From Epithemia pelagica (lineage: Eukaryota > Protista > Bacillariophyta), in contig OX337239.1 of NCBI GenBank assembly GCA_946965045.2, positions 2,356,001 through 2,420,000 of the forward strand: DNA of 64,000 nucleotides, written 5' to 3'. The notes beneath the pieces were generated by a model. It was not told the DNA's origin and ran no database searches. It saw nothing but the letters and a program-made list of their open reading frames with translations. A program made the position numbers and the translations under genes. Positions 1 to 12,051 of the stretch are shown in pieces. The stretch's first letter is position 1. Each line of letters starts with the position of its first letter.

Positions 1-2
1 CA

Positions 3-2583
3 GCTATCAAAGTCGTTCGGCACCTTGGTATTGTTGGCGAGTGTAACATTCAGTATGCACTTCACCCAGAATCGCTCGAATACGCCATTATTGAAGTCAA
101 CGCTCGTCTCTCGCGCTCGTCGGCTTTGGCATCGAAGGCAACAGGATATCCGCTTGCCTTTGTAGCTGCGAAATTGAGTCTAGGTATCCCTATGACAGAA
201 GTTATCAATTCTGTCACCAAGAAGACACAGGCTGCTTTTGAGCCGTCGCTTGACTACATTGCCACCAAAATGCCTCGCTGGGACTTGGGCAAGTTTCAGA
301 ACGTTAGCACCCAGATTGGTTCCGCCATGAAAAGTGTTGGTGAGGTCATGGGTATTGGTCGTACCGTAGAGGAATCTCTTCAGAAGGCGATACGGATGGT
401 TGACCCGGCATATCCAGGCTTCCAACCAAAGTTCATCTATGCAACCAAGGAGGAGCTGCACGAAGAGCTTGCCGTGCCCACTCACAAACGCATATTCGCC
501 ATTGCGCAAGCGCTTTTTGAGAAATCAATGACTGTTCCGGAAATATATGAATTGACAAAAATTGACCATTGGTTCCTTCGTCGTTTGGAGAATATGGTGA
601 ACACATATGATTTGATGAAGGATGTTTCGCTAGCAGAGCTGTCGGACAGCCTAATGTCAGAGGGAAAGAAGATGGGTTATTCCGACAAGCAGATTGCATC
701 TTGTGTGAAAGGAGGAGCCACAGAAGATGAGGTCCGAGCAAAGCGTGTCGACGCGGGGATTGTTCCTTTCTCGAAACAGATTGATACGCTCGCGGCCGAG
801 TATCCGGCTGCGACGAACTACTTGTATTTAACCTATCACGGCATGGAACACGACGTCGATCCGTCTCATGGAGGGGTGATTGTTCTTGGCTCTGGACCCT
901 ATCGTATTGGCTCATCGATTGAATTTGATTGGTGTGCTGTGAGTTGCATAAGGACTCTGAGGCACATGGGCTTGTCCACAACAATGATCAATTCAAACCC
1001 GGAAACTGTGTCGACTGACTACGACGAGTGCGATCGTCTCTATTTTGAGGAACTGAGCCGAGAGAGAATTCTTGATATCTACCGCGGGCATAAAATATCA
1101 CAAGGAGTTGTTGTGAGTGTTGGTGGACAGATCCCCAATGGACTTGCAATCCCGTTGCATCAAGCAGGTGTAAAGCTCTTGGGTACTTCGGCGGAAAACA
1201 TAGACCAAGCAGAGGACAGGAAAAAGTTCTCTGATACGATTGACAGCATCCAGGTTCAACAACCTGCATGGAGTGAACTCAAAAGCACAGAAAGTGCTCT
1301 TGAGTTTGCGGCAAAGGTGGGATACCCCGTTCTTGTCCGTCCATCATATGTGCTCAGTGGAGCGGCCATGAACGTTGCCTATAACGATGAACAACTCAAA
1401 GCATGCCTAGAAGAAGCTGCGACGGTATCTGACGAGCATCCCGTGGTTGTTTCGGACTTTATTCAAGGTGCTTTCGAAATCGAAATGGATGGAGTCGGTA
1501 AAAACGGAGAGCTCATCGCTGCGGCCATCCATGAGCATATCGAAAACGCTGGTGTTCACTCGGGTGATGCAACACTGGTCCTACCACCTCATTCGTTGTC
1601 CGCCTACACAAAAGAACGTGTCCGGGAGAGCGCCAGAAAAATCGTGAAGAGTCTCAATATCACTGGTCCTGTGAATATCCAGTTTATTGCCAAGGGAACG
1701 GATGTCATGTGCATTGAGACCAACGTCCGTGCTTCACGTTCATTCCCCTTTGTATCAAAGACCATGGGAGTCGATTTTATTGAAGCTGCAACAAAAGCAA
1801 TGGTGGATGTCGCAACGGATGATATGAACCTTCCCACCCTGGAAACTCGCGACCGACCGAAGGGCTACGTCGGAGTGAAAGCACCCATGTTTTCCTTCAC
1901 CCGCCTCCGGGGTTCCGACCCCGTGCTCGGTGTGGAAATGGCCTCGACCGGAGAGGTTGCTTGTTTCGGCTCGTCAAAAGAGGAAGCCTTTTTGAAATCC
2001 TTGATATCCACTGGCTTCAAGATCCCTGATAAGAACATTCTTGTATCCGTGCAAGCAGAACTTCAAGATGAGTTCACCCACCAGGCCTGGCAGTTGCACG
2101 AAATGGGTTACACTCTCTTTGCCACGCGAAAGACTGCAAAAGTTTTGGAAAAGAACCGCGTACCGTGCACCGTTGTGGCATACCCGACCGAAGAGAATCC
2201 GAGCGAGCCACGAGCAACCGATTTGATCCGAAAAGGCAGCATTAACCTCGTGATCAACGTACCGACGCACAATTCGGAAAAACTCGAGGACAACTACCAG
2301 ATGCGTCGAACCGCTGTGGACTTTGGTGTTCCGCTATTGACAAACTTGTAAGTTGAATCACGCACGCAAATCTGGGTGTTGGTCTATTTTGTATTTGCAG
2401 ACCGCGGTACTCTAACCAAATTCTCCTTTCCTCTCCACCAGAAACCTTGTCAAAGTGTTTGTCGATTCCCTGTATAAGCACAAGCAAGAAAAGTTGGTTG
2501 GACTGGAACCAAAGACACTTTTTGAACACTATGAACAGGAGGGAGACGCAGACGCCTGGAGTCATCCAACTGAATTCCACTAA
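3..2583 (+). CDS. CPS1: Carbamoyl-phosphate synthetase, large-chain ATP-grasp and MGS domains (5'-partial); probably the urea-cycle type (unCPS/CPS III); intron 2348-2441
   Basis: Open from base 3 (EVNARLSRSSALASKATG, NSNPETVSTDYD, VRPSYVLSG, GVHSGDA, ETNVRASRSFPF, MGS domain RRTAVDFGVPLLTN). GTAAGT donor at 2348, branch CTCTAAC at about 2410 and CAG acceptor at 2441 restore LNLVKVFVDSL...PTEFH* (TAA 2581-2583). The urea-cycle assignment is inferred from resemblance of the MGS domain to metazoan CPS1. Confidence 0.93.
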
Positions 2584-2807
2584 TGGACGACACAAAAAAG
2601 AGGCTTTACGAAGATTACTTTTAGTTTTAAACTGTGAAATCAGAACATGGTGTTTGGGCTCTTTTGGTAGTAGTGTTGCATGGGCGCTGTCGAGCGCAAT
2701 ATTTATTTCACGTGTCCAACCAATGATGGACACGATAGGCCTCTAGTTTTGGTGAATGTTATCGATCCAACGAATGAATGGAATGGCAGCACACTGGCGT
2801 ATTATTA

Positions 2808-3986
2808 CTAGTGCTTCTTGAACGGATTGGTCACGGAGGATTGCCAACACAGATTACCTCGAAACAAGTCGGCCGGTGGCATGGTATGTTCCTTGTCATA
2901 TTCGATACTAGGCTGATCGTTCCGTTCCAAGACACAAATGTGCAATTGACAGGAAATGGATTTGATCAAGGGCGTCAAGGTGGGAAAACAATAGTCGACT
3001 TGGTGCTTTTCCACCGTGGGGGCCGGCAAGCCACAATAGTGCAGGTCACTCACCAGTTGCGGCAAGAATAAATGGCGAAAGTCATGGGCACTTTCCATGG
3101 ATTCCAAATCTTCCACAAACAAGAGACCCCCGGGAGCGAGTCGGGGAAACCAATAGAGCACCGAAATGGCCATGTGCATACTCAAATGGGAGGCATCTTC
3201 GACGACCACCTGGAGGGGCGGTGGCGGTGGTCCAGTGGGAGAGGTGGGTTGTCGCATTTTGTGATAGACACGTTCCAAGGCTTGAAACTGACTGGCATCG
3301 GCACAATGCAATTTTTCCGTCTCAATCAATTGTTGATATTGGGGTGATTTTTTGGCCGAATTGTCCCACGGCCATTTCCCATCTTTCCGATCGCCATGAG
3401 GCAAACAGGCGACTTCCAGACTGTGATGGTCGGCATGGGGCAAAAATTGCTGATAGGCCGCAAAGCCCTTGCCTTGAAAAAAGCCAATTTCCAAAAATTG
3501 AACGGTTTGGTCTTGCCACGGTTCCAACCAGCGTTGGTACAAGTCGTTGTAAAAATGTCCCACCACACGACACTGTTCATTGCGAGCCTCGGGACGACGA
3601 CAGTGGGCCTTGTTGGTACGACAAGCCGCCATGCTGTTGGTTCCTCGAACCTTGTCCGTTCCCGTCTTGGTTGCCACCTCCAAAAAGGTTGGATACGTGG
3701 TGGTCGTCGAGGAGGATACTGCTGTTGATGAAGACGGGTCTTGTCTCGAAGTCACCACCCCGTCGCTCGAAACGGAATGGTTCTTTGACGTGTCGTCGGG
3801 CAACAGAAGCGATCCGGGTGTATCCAGAGGCATGAAGGAGAGATTGTCCTCCCCCCCAAGACGGAGGAGGCCGAGTGCCATGACAAATCCTGCGGCAAAA
3901 CTGGAAAGGACGAGGCACGGAGGCGACCACGACCCTCCTCCTTTGGTCGAACGAATGCGTCGCGACGCTTGTGTAATAATGGTCAT
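2808..3986 (-). CDS. Membrane-anchored class I SAM-dependent O-methyltransferase (MycE/ElmM-like sugar O-methyltransferase family)
   Basis: 392-aa ORF from ATG; N-terminal hydrophobic anchor; TDKV...HFY..LY, FLEIGFFQGKG (motif I), VVEDASH, LAPGGLLFVEDL. Confidence 0.75.
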   Translation of the reverse strand: MTIITQASRRIRSTKGGGSWSPPCLVLSSFAAGFVMALGLLRLGGEDNLSFMPLDTPGSLLLPDDTSKNHSVSSDGVVTSRQDPSSSTAVSSSTTTTYPTFLEVATKTGTDKVRGTNSMAACRTNKAHCRRPEARNEQCRVVGHFYNDLYQRWLEPWQDQTVQFLEIGFFQGKGFAAYQQFLPHADHHSLEVACLPHGDRKDGKWPWDNSAKKSPQYQQLIETEKLHCADASQFQALERVYHKMRQPTSPTGPPPPPLQVVVEDASHLSMHMAISVLYWFPRLAPGGLLFVEDLESMESAHDFRHLFLPQLVSDLHYCGLPAPTVEKHQVDYCFPTLTPLIKSISCQLHICVLERNDQPSIEYDKEHTMPPADLFRGNLCWQSSVTNPFKKH

Positions 3987-4576
3987 TCTATTGTTTGGGT
4001 TGTTCTTGGTTGGATTCCTCTACCTCTGAGAGCGACAAGGAAACAAACAACACGAGCTGTGGAAAACCACTCCAGACTCTTCTTCTTCTTCTTCTTCTCG
4101 GGCAATGGCAAGAATGGCACCGATCCAGAAAAAAGATCAAACACCCCAATCGTTGTTAACTTGTTTTACCTTATTGATTGTGTGACGGGAATTTTCAGCG
4201 CCCAACCGAACGTCGCCTCGGCTCGCGTTCATGAGCCGACCTGTCGGTTTCAGGGCTGTTCTATCTTGAGGAGCCGACCGATACTCTCTCTTGTTGTTTC
4301 GATGGGGCATAAGAAATTCAACACGCACGGCGAACGTTCGCGCCATCCTCCATTCCGTCACAAACAAAAGCCATCGGACGGACCATGACACATTCTCGCG
4401 GTCTCAATCTCAAATTGGGTTGCGCGTTTGCCAAAACCCAACGACAACCAAAAGAGGCATCATAACCCACACTCACTGGATTCGCTTCTTCCTACTCCTA
4501 CAAACTATCGAGACTCTATATCAAAACGTCTGTGGAGCCAAATCACAGAATTGCGGGCATCACCACCAACACCACC

Positions 4577-6613
4577 ATGACCGTCCTCCACAAACAACGA
4601 GGGCCATTCACCACCGACCGCGGCACGTGTCGTTCTCGTTCTCGTTCTCGTTCTCGTTCTCGTCGTGGTGACATTTCAGTGTATCGTGTGGTGGTGGCAT
4701 TCTTCATTCCGGGTGTGGTTTGCTGCTGGTGGCTGTGTGGATCGATTGCCATTGGTCTTCGAGAAGAAAGCCCTTCTTCCCCCCGGCTTCGGGCACCCAA
4801 CCATCGCCCCGGAAGAACGACCCACACATCAGAACCAACGGGGACATTGTCGTCGTCGTCCTTGGGTGTCATGTTTGCTGCTGCTGCTGCTGCTACACCA
4901 CCACACGATCATGACGCGAGGCATCCAACAACCACCACAACCCGTACGGTACCACGCCTCCAAGAGTCTTTGGTGGAGGGACCGGGAAACGACCAGGAGG
5001 AGGAATCCGAATCCAATGGCCAACCTCTCGGGGGAGACTCGGAGACAGTGACGGCTCGTCGTCGAACCTGTCGTTGTGGAACCAAAGTACCCACCGCAAC
5101 CAATACCACAAATACCACAACGGCTCGCATTTGTTACTTGATTGTCGTGCACAATGAATATACCATTGAACGTGCCTGGCATTTGGTACAGGCCTTGCAA
5201 CATGACAATCACATTATTTTGATTCATGTCGATTGGACGGTTCGACACTTGTTGGAGGATGACGACTCTTGGGACCCGCCGAATCCAGTGGCATGGGTGT
5301 GGGACGATATGTTGGGACCCCGCAACAATAAGCACACGAGCCACAACGCCTGTTGTCCCTACGGTCGGGGGACCATTCATGTCGATTCCGTCCACCGTGT
5401 CGAATGGGGGACGTGGAGCATGAATTTGCCCACCTTGTGGGGCTTGCAAGTCGCCGTCGAACTCTATGGCGGCGAGTGGCAGGTCTGGATGAATTTGGCT
5501 GGCGATGCCTGGCCCGTCTATACACCTACCACCATGGGGGACATGTTGCAGGCCTTGTCCCAGTACAATTTTGTCACGAGTCGATCCTGTGCCACCGGAC
5601 TCGTACCGACACCCGTGACGGCCTTTGCGTCGTGGTGGCACAAACGACAACATTATACCGACCATGAGAAACGAGTGCAGTGGGCCATTGATCATGAACC
5701 AATACTGGAAGGAGAAGGTGAGAATACGACTACTTCTACCATCACGACACCAGTGACGATTTATTTTGGCAGTCAATGGTTGATTCTCCAAGCCTCCTTT
5801 TGCCAATGGTTTGTCACACAGTATTGGCAACGTCCTCAGTCCTTTGCCCGTCAATTGGCCACAGCCTTGGAGGATTCGGGAAAACTCATGACGGACGAAA
5901 CCTATTGGGCCACGCTGCTCATGCATGTTCCCCAATGGCGCGAGACCCTGCCGCAAACCACCACCAAAGCCGTGTCGTCGTCCTCTCGTCGTACCACCAA
6001 GAGTCGTCCACCACCATCATCCAATGAAGAGGAGGAAAAAGAAGAATCCTACTTGTTGTGGAACAATGGGACCCGATCCCACGTGACGGCGGTTCGGTTT
6101 GAACGCATGGACGAACATGTCCCCGCCCTGGAAGCCTATACCGGAAAGGTGCGGTGGTGGACGCATCCACGATACAGTGTTTCCGACGAGAAACCGAACC
6201 AACCAACCGACACAACCACGCCGCAACAACCTGATGGGGCTCCCCCGACACGTCCCTGGGGACCCTATTATGTGGGAGTCTACGATTTGCACGACCTTCG
6301 TGCGTCCGGAGCCTTGATTCTTCGGAGAGTGTCACCCTGGGTCGATGACAATTTGTATCGACTCTTGCCGGTCGACCATGTCAATCAAATTCCCGACATT
6401 GCCTGGCCGGCCCACGGACATGCCCTGGACATGGTGGAACCGCATCGATGGTCGTCGTCGTCGTCGTCGACAACTACAACCACAACAACCCATTCCGAGG
6501 AATCGTTCACCGAGGAATCCATGACGGCTGATTTCGACCCGGAACCAGATGGTACGGACGACTACGAAACAGAGGAAGATGCCAGTAGCGGGGACGACGA
6601 TGAAGAATTGTAA
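4577..6613 (+). CDS. GT14 (core-2/I-branching, xylosyltransferase-like) glycosyltransferase, type II membrane
   Basis: ICYLIVVHN, IILIHVD, VEWGTWSM, WMNLAGDAWP, YFGSQWLIL, DETYWATLL motifs; TM segment near the N-terminus; first ATG at 4577. Confidence 0.8.
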   Translation: MTVLHKQRGPFTTDRGTCRSRSRSRSRSRRGDISVYRVVVAFFIPGVVCCWWLCGSIAIGLREESPSSPRLRAPNHRPGRTTHTSEPTGTLSSSSLGVMFAAAAAATPPHDHDARHPTTTTTRTVPRLQESLVEGPGNDQEEESESNGQPLGGDSETVTARRRTCRCGTKVPTATNTTNTTTARICYLIVVHNEYTIERAWHLVQALQHDNHIILIHVDWTVRHLLEDDDSWDPPNPVAWVWDDMLGPRNNKHTSHNACCPYGRGTIHVDSVHRVEWGTWSMNLPTLWGLQVAVELYGGEWQVWMNLAGDAWPVYTPTTMGDMLQALSQYNFVTSRSCATGLVPTPVTAFASWWHKRQHYTDHEKRVQWAIDHEPILEGEGENTTTSTITTPVTIYFGSQWLILQASFCQWFVTQYWQRPQSFARQLATALEDSGKLMTDETYWATLLMHVPQWRETLPQTTTKAVSSSSRRTTKSRPPPSSNEEEEKEESYLLWNNGTRSHVTAVRFERMDEHVPALEAYTGKVRWWTHPRYSVSDEKPNQPTDTTTPQQPDGAPPTRPWGPYYVGVYDLHDLRASGALILRRVSPWVDDNLYRLLPVDHVNQIPDIAWPAHGHALDMVEPHRWSSSSSSTTTTTTTHSEESFTEESMTADFDPEPDGTDDYETEEDASSGDDDEEL

Positions 6614-7296
6614 CCTTGTGAGTGTGTGTGTTCATGGATGGACTGCCTCCATCCTGGTACGAGAGGAGTGCATCAGTGTTGCCGCGACGCAAATGACACT
6701 TGCACAACAACACCCGCATACACGAGAGAGGCCTTTTGTGTGTGTCGTACCGTAGTAGTTCTCGCAGAGAGAATGAATTCACAAGCATGCAAGAGTCGAA
6801 TCGAGCAACATCAAGAAGGTGAAAATGTTGGTGTGTAAGGCGAAGAGCAGACTCCACCAATTGCCTTTGTGTATAACGTCCAATTGCAACGATTGTTGAA
6901 AGATTGCCATAGTGTTGCTTCTGGTCCTACGAAATCTACTATTCTGGAAGATTCCAATTGGGTTGCAGTGTATAGAGTGTGTGACTATTATCCTAGTGAA
7001 CCAACCCAACACACCTACGTCTTGTACGAGCAAGACCGATTCCCATGGAGATAATTTCCACAGGACGGGGCTACCGATCTGCATCTGCAAAACGGCCATT
7101 GAATGTGGTTGGTCAATCATTTTGGTCGTCTCCATCCTCGTGACGAAGAAGAGTTCCAAAAGTTGTTTGACTTTTTGGGTGTGGGTGATCTTCGTTTGTT
7201 CCTTTTGTGGGTCCGTTTTTGCTCTCTCTCCCTCCGTTTTCTCTTTTTCTACCTCGTGTATAGACTTTTTTAGTTGTACGCCACCTTTTGAATTCG

Positions 7297-7608
7297 TTAC
7301 TCGTGTATTAGTGTTTCGTGTTCCACCAGTAATGACGCGGTGGCGACCCACGTGGGAGGCCGTTGCATCAAGTCGCGACAAAACTGGTGCACATGATGCT
7401 GTTTCAAGACGGAATTGGATTCTTGCAAACAACTGGCTGTCCCACAGGCAATGCCAAACACCACACTGGTCAAGAGTGGAATCATTGTGTGAGGGTGATG
7501 ATCCGTTTCGTGGATGGACGGTTGAATGTGCCGCTCGAGTTGTTGGAGCGTGTCGTGCAACGCTGCTGGTAACACATGGACGTCGAGGGAGGGATTCTCG
7601 TCCTCCTC

Positions 7609-7643
<35 letters not shown>

Positions 7644-9038
7644 GCATACTGGACGACAAGGAGTTCCAGGCTGCCAAGGTTCCCGCCGCGACCGCATCAC
7701 CGGCTCCAATGGGATAGAGAATGGGTTGTTGGATTTGTGCCAGGGAAGGAATGCCAATTTGATACAAGTGCAGGACTCTCGCAGTGTTCTGCTGGTCGTC
7801 GTCGTCGTCCGTTCCTCGAACGGGAGGGAGGGATACAAAGTAAGCGTCCTGTGCTGTAACAAACAAAATGAAACAACGAGTTTCACGTCGTAGAGGGCGT
7901 TTGGAAGAAACTTGTGAGTATCCTTGTATACAAAGAATAAATAGGAGATCCAATTACACTTTGTGGACCAAATTTCATCCAACAAAAACCAGAACCTTGG
8001 AAACAAACAAAAAGACAAGCCCATTCATTGTTCCTTACCTCCATTGGAAATCGCAATGGCATCCAAGGCATGTTCTGTTTGTGGCCATTGTTGAATGAGA
8101 GCACGAATGGCCTGGAGAATTCGTTGGGGGAGACTTTTGGTGGAGGAATCCGTCTGGAAGCCCGAAACACGAAACAATTCCGAAGCATTGACTTTCCACA
8201 GGGCACGAATCCACCGAACATTATCACCAGCACCAGCATGATGATTGTCATGACGATGACGACGTCGTTTGGCGGCCAGGGTGTCCAACAAGGATTCCAA
8301 TCCCACTACCGAATCAATCACACACAACAGAGGAGGAGGCTGTTGGGTATTGAATGTGGAGGAGGACGACACGAATACGGTTTCCAATACTGTGGCATAG
8401 GTTGTTTCGGGACATCCCGGAGGAAGGGATCCCATGAAGCAAACGGCATCGACGGCCGTTGCCTTGGTACGAACCTTGGTCAACAATTGTTGATATTCGG
8501 CACCTGTAATAGTCCCACTGGGTTCCACCAATTCGGTGGTCGTTTCGGAATCTACCAGACTGGTGCATATCCGTAGGGGTGCCTCCGACCGGACTGTGCA
8601 GGCCAACCAATGGTCCGTGTCTTGTTGTGTTCCCGGCTTGTTGGTGTGTTGTTGTTCTTGTTCTTGTTGCAACAATTGACACAGGGCATCTCCTGCCGCA
8701 CCCTGACCCACAAATTGTGCCAATTGGACCTCATGTCCATAGTCGAGACAGGACAAGGCCAGGACAACGTCTTGACCTTTGCCACCGACACCCACTTGAA
8801 CCGTGGTTGCTCGATGCACCTCACCGGGAACCAAGGGAGACGGTAAAATCAATCGTTTTTGCAAGGCCGCATTCAACCCCACCACAAGAGTCGTCGTCGT
8901 GGGTGATGGTGATGTTGGGGTGAGGGCCGAAGCAACAACTGGATTCACTTCCATAATGGTTTGCGTCAAGACAAAAACACAAAGGATGACTACAACGGCG
9001 ACGCTAATATCCAGTTGGAAGGTCGGCCAAAGATTCAT
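7297..9038 (-). CDS. PfkB/ribokinase-family carbohydrate kinase (1-phosphofructokinase/tagatose kinase-like); intron 7854-8038
   Basis: Exon 1 has LVVGLNAALQKRL and GVGGKGQDV; exon 2 has IGAGDAVAAG (PfkB signature 2). A phase-1 GTAAGG...TTACAG intron joins the two ORFs in frame. Confidence 0.85.
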
Positions 9039-9531
9039 TGCGTCGCCGACAGGAAAAAATGAGGGGGACCGGTGTCTTTATGCGACTAAGAAGCGACCTA
9101 TATGCTTCTCAGGAATCCCGAACACAGTTTTGTTGAGAGAATGTAGTCTCTATCGTGGTATATCTTATTGTATGATTCGGTATTACAAAACAGCACACAT
9201 CGAACGGGAGTGGAAGCAACAAGAGGTATCCTCTTGTGTGTGTCGAGGACTCGAACGACAATTCCAAAAACTGGCTCATACAACGACAAACCAACAACCT
9301 TGTTCTCCTTCTCTCTATTCCTTCTCCCTCTCATAACATCTTTATATGGGTCTCCTTGACTCGGGAAGCATTCCGGCTCGGGGGCACACAATCCATGGTC
9401 TGCCAATGGACTTTTGCCGTCCTTGTCGTACTAGGTAGGTGGTACTAGAGGTAGTGGTCATCCATCATGGTTGGATGCGTCGTCGTCCGCATGTTGTTGT
9501 TGTCGTGTCGATCCGGATTCTCGTTTGAATT

Positions 9532-11640
9532 CTATTGTTCCTGTTGTGGACGTTTTAATTTTCGCCGTCGCCGTCGGTGCGTACTACTCTTGTGGTTTTT
9601 ACTCAACAACGAAGGAGCATGGTGACTGGAACGATCCATATTCGTAGTAGTAGTAGTAGGACCTTGTGCAGTATTGGTGGCAGTTGGACGATTGGGGACT
9701 GGATCTTGCTCCTTCGTGTCGTCGTCGTCGTCTTCATTGTCCACGCCCGAGGAGGAAAGTGGCGCATCACTAGACGGTAGGTGGTAATGGGACTCGTCAT
9801 TCTTGTCGTTGTGGTCGTTTTGGGTGGCGTTTTGGTCATTCTCCTCGTCCTTGTCGTCGTCCTCTTCTTCTTCTTCGTCGGTGGGAAGATAAAAATCATC
9901 CTCGTATTGGGAATAGGAAACATCGGATTCGCACAAGCTACTCTTGGCTTCCAAGGTATATCCCGAACCAAAGGTACTTTCGTCGTCAAACTCGTCGTTG
10001 TCCTCCTCATCGTCTTCTTCTTCGACAGAGTAAATTTCCACTTGGGTTTCGTCGTCCGCATGGGCCGCATCCTTGGCGTCCAGGAGGTTTGTCGTGGTGG
10101 TGGTGGTATGTTGAGTCCTTGTCTTTTCAAAGAGAGACGACATGATACTGCCTTCATCGCCAAAACAAGCTTGATCGACTTGTTCCTTTTGCTGACGCAA
10201 CCGTTCTCGTTCCGTTTCGTCCTCTTCTTCTTCGTCCACCGTCACTTCTTCTTCTTCTTCTTCCACCACGACTTCTTCTTCCGTGGTGGTTTCGGAACTG
10301 ATTTCGACAATTTCCACGTGGTCCACGGAATCCAAGGAAGCGGAAGGTGCTGCCCCCGGTTGGTTATCGGAACTACTCACGACACTTTCTTCCACATAAT
10401 AATAATAACTGTATTCATCGTCGCCGCCTTCGCCACCGCTACTGGCAATCGCCGTTGGATGGCCATTGGTGGTATTCTCGGTTGTGGTGGGTCTCGTGTG
10501 GACGGCGGCGGCAGGTTGGTGGGTAGTTGGTCTTTGTTGTTGGTGGTGATTGTCGTCGTCCTGACGACTGCTGGTCCAAGGGTCGTTCGGGGAGTCTCCA
10601 CCGCTACTGTGACTCCTGCGACGAACATGTTGTTGTGATTGTGGTGGTTGTCGTCGTCGTCTCCGTCGTCGCAATCCTCCTCCTCCTCCAGTTGGAGCAT
10701 GGGAGGAGGAGGAATGCGTCGAGTCCTGTGGCAGTGCACCTTCTTCTTCTTCTTCGGGCGATGACGAAGTTTGCGAGTGAGTTCGTCGTCCCCCTCGTCT
10801 CACCGGTTTGTGGTGAGGATGAGATCGTCGGCTTCTCGTTCGACTGTCGTGATAGGATCCTCCCAAGAGTTGTTGCGAAGGAGACGAAGATGATGGTGGC
10901 TGTGGTTGTTTGTGGTGGGAATACCGACGACTCCCATGACAACTCCGACTCAATAAGGCGTGTCGTGGTCGTACTGGTTTGGGGGCAACAACCCGTGGTG
11001 GTGGAGTGGTGGTGGTGGTGGTGGTCGGCGCTTTGAGAATTCCAGTATTGGTAATAGCATCACTACTCGTCGGAACGGGTGATGGTTGTACAGGATTCGG
11101 AGTGGCAGTGCTGGCTGCTGCTGCTGCCACAGGGGTGGATGGTTCCTTTTCTGGTTGTTGTTGTTGTTGTTGTTGTTGTGCTTGTGAATTGGAATCCAGA
11201 GGTGCCGAATCCAGTGGTACACGGTTTGGTTCCAGGACTGCCGCCAATGACAATGACGATAACATGTCGTTGTCCGAGTCTATCATTGTACCAGCATGGT
11301 CCTGGTCGGCTGGAGTTGTTGTGGGTGGATTCGGCGCTTGTAATGGTTCCATAGAGTGATTGGTTGTTGTGGTTGTGGTTGGAGGAATGGAATTCGTTGT
11401 ATCATTGTTCTGGAGCGTATCATCCTTGGTTTGGTCGTCCTTGTTCGTTTGCTTGTTATTATTGTTGTTGTTGTGATGGTTGGTCCTTGCTTCTCCTCCC
11501 AGAATCACGACCCAGTCCTCAGTGGTGGTGGTGGTGGTTGTCGGGGTGATGACCTCCTCTTGCTCCTCCTCTTTTGTTTTCTTGGTTACCTCATCTGTAT
11601 CCTCCCGTTCTATCGTCGGGGCATGATCTACTAGGGTCAT
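9532..11640 (-). CDS. Low-complexity (T/Q/E/D/R-rich) hypothetical protein
   Basis: Long ORF (about 700 aa from ATG 11640) with homopolymer runs typical of the neighbouring genes; no recognisable domain; the 3' end could be spliced. Confidence 0.5.
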   Translation of the reverse strand: MTLVDHAPTIEREDTDEVTKKTKEEEQEEVITPTTTTTTTEDWVVILGGEARTNHHNNNNNNKQTNKDDQTKDDTLQNNDTTNSIPPTTTTTTNHSMEPLQAPNPPTTTPADQDHAGTMIDSDNDMLSSLSLAAVLEPNRVPLDSAPLDSNSQAQQQQQQQQPEKEPSTPVAAAAASTATPNPVQPSPVPTSSDAITNTGILKAPTTTTTTTPPPRVVAPKPVRPRHALLSRSCHGSRRYSHHKQPQPPSSSSPSQQLLGGSYHDSRTRSRRSHPHHKPVRRGGRRTHSQTSSSPEEEEEGALPQDSTHSSSSHAPTGGGGGLRRRRRRRQPPQSQQHVRRRSHSSGGDSPNDPWTSSRQDDDNHHQQQRPTTHQPAAAVHTRPTTTENTTNGHPTAIASSGGEGGDDEYSYYYYVEESVVSSSDNQPGAAPSASLDSVDHVEIVEISSETTTEEEVVVEEEEEEVTVDEEEEDETERERLRQQKEQVDQACFGDEGSIMSSLFEKTRTQHTTTTTTNLLDAKDAAHADDETQVEIYSVEEEDDEEDNDEFDDESTFGSGYTLEAKSSLCESDVSYSQYEDDFYLPTDEEEEEDDDKDEENDQNATQNDHNDKNDESHYHLPSSDAPLSSSGVDNEDDDDDTKEQDPVPNRPTATNTAQGPTTTTTNMDRSSHHAPSLLSKNHKSSTHRRRRRKLKRPQQEQ

Positions 11641-12051
11641 GAAACAATATATGGTGGATCGTAGTGTATCTTTGAGAGAGACAAGAAGAAGAAGAACGTA
11701 TAGAGAGTAGGAACAATCGTCGAGGTGGTGGTTGTTACAACACAACCATCCTGGATCAAAAAATTCCTAAGGTATCTCTTGTTTCCTTCCGTCGTCACTC
11801 CCTCTCTCTCTCTCGGTTTGTTGTTCTGATTATTTTTCGGGCTTCGGTTGTGGGGCCGTTATCAAGCTGTTTGGGAAATGACTCGAGATGTTCGTTTGGG
11901 CGTGGCAAGGGCAGTACTCTGAAAATGTCAGTGTGACTTTGGTCTTCGTCCCTGCCGTCCCACGGGACTGATTGGTCGCGAGTGACGTCAGTTCCAGAGA
12001 AGCGTCTCATTCGAAAGATCTCGCGAGACTTTCTCGAATTTCCAATTCACC

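Noticed and set aside
6620-7290. Short ORFs between GT14 and PfkB
   Set aside because: No recognisable motif on either strand; probably UTR or a decayed fragment.
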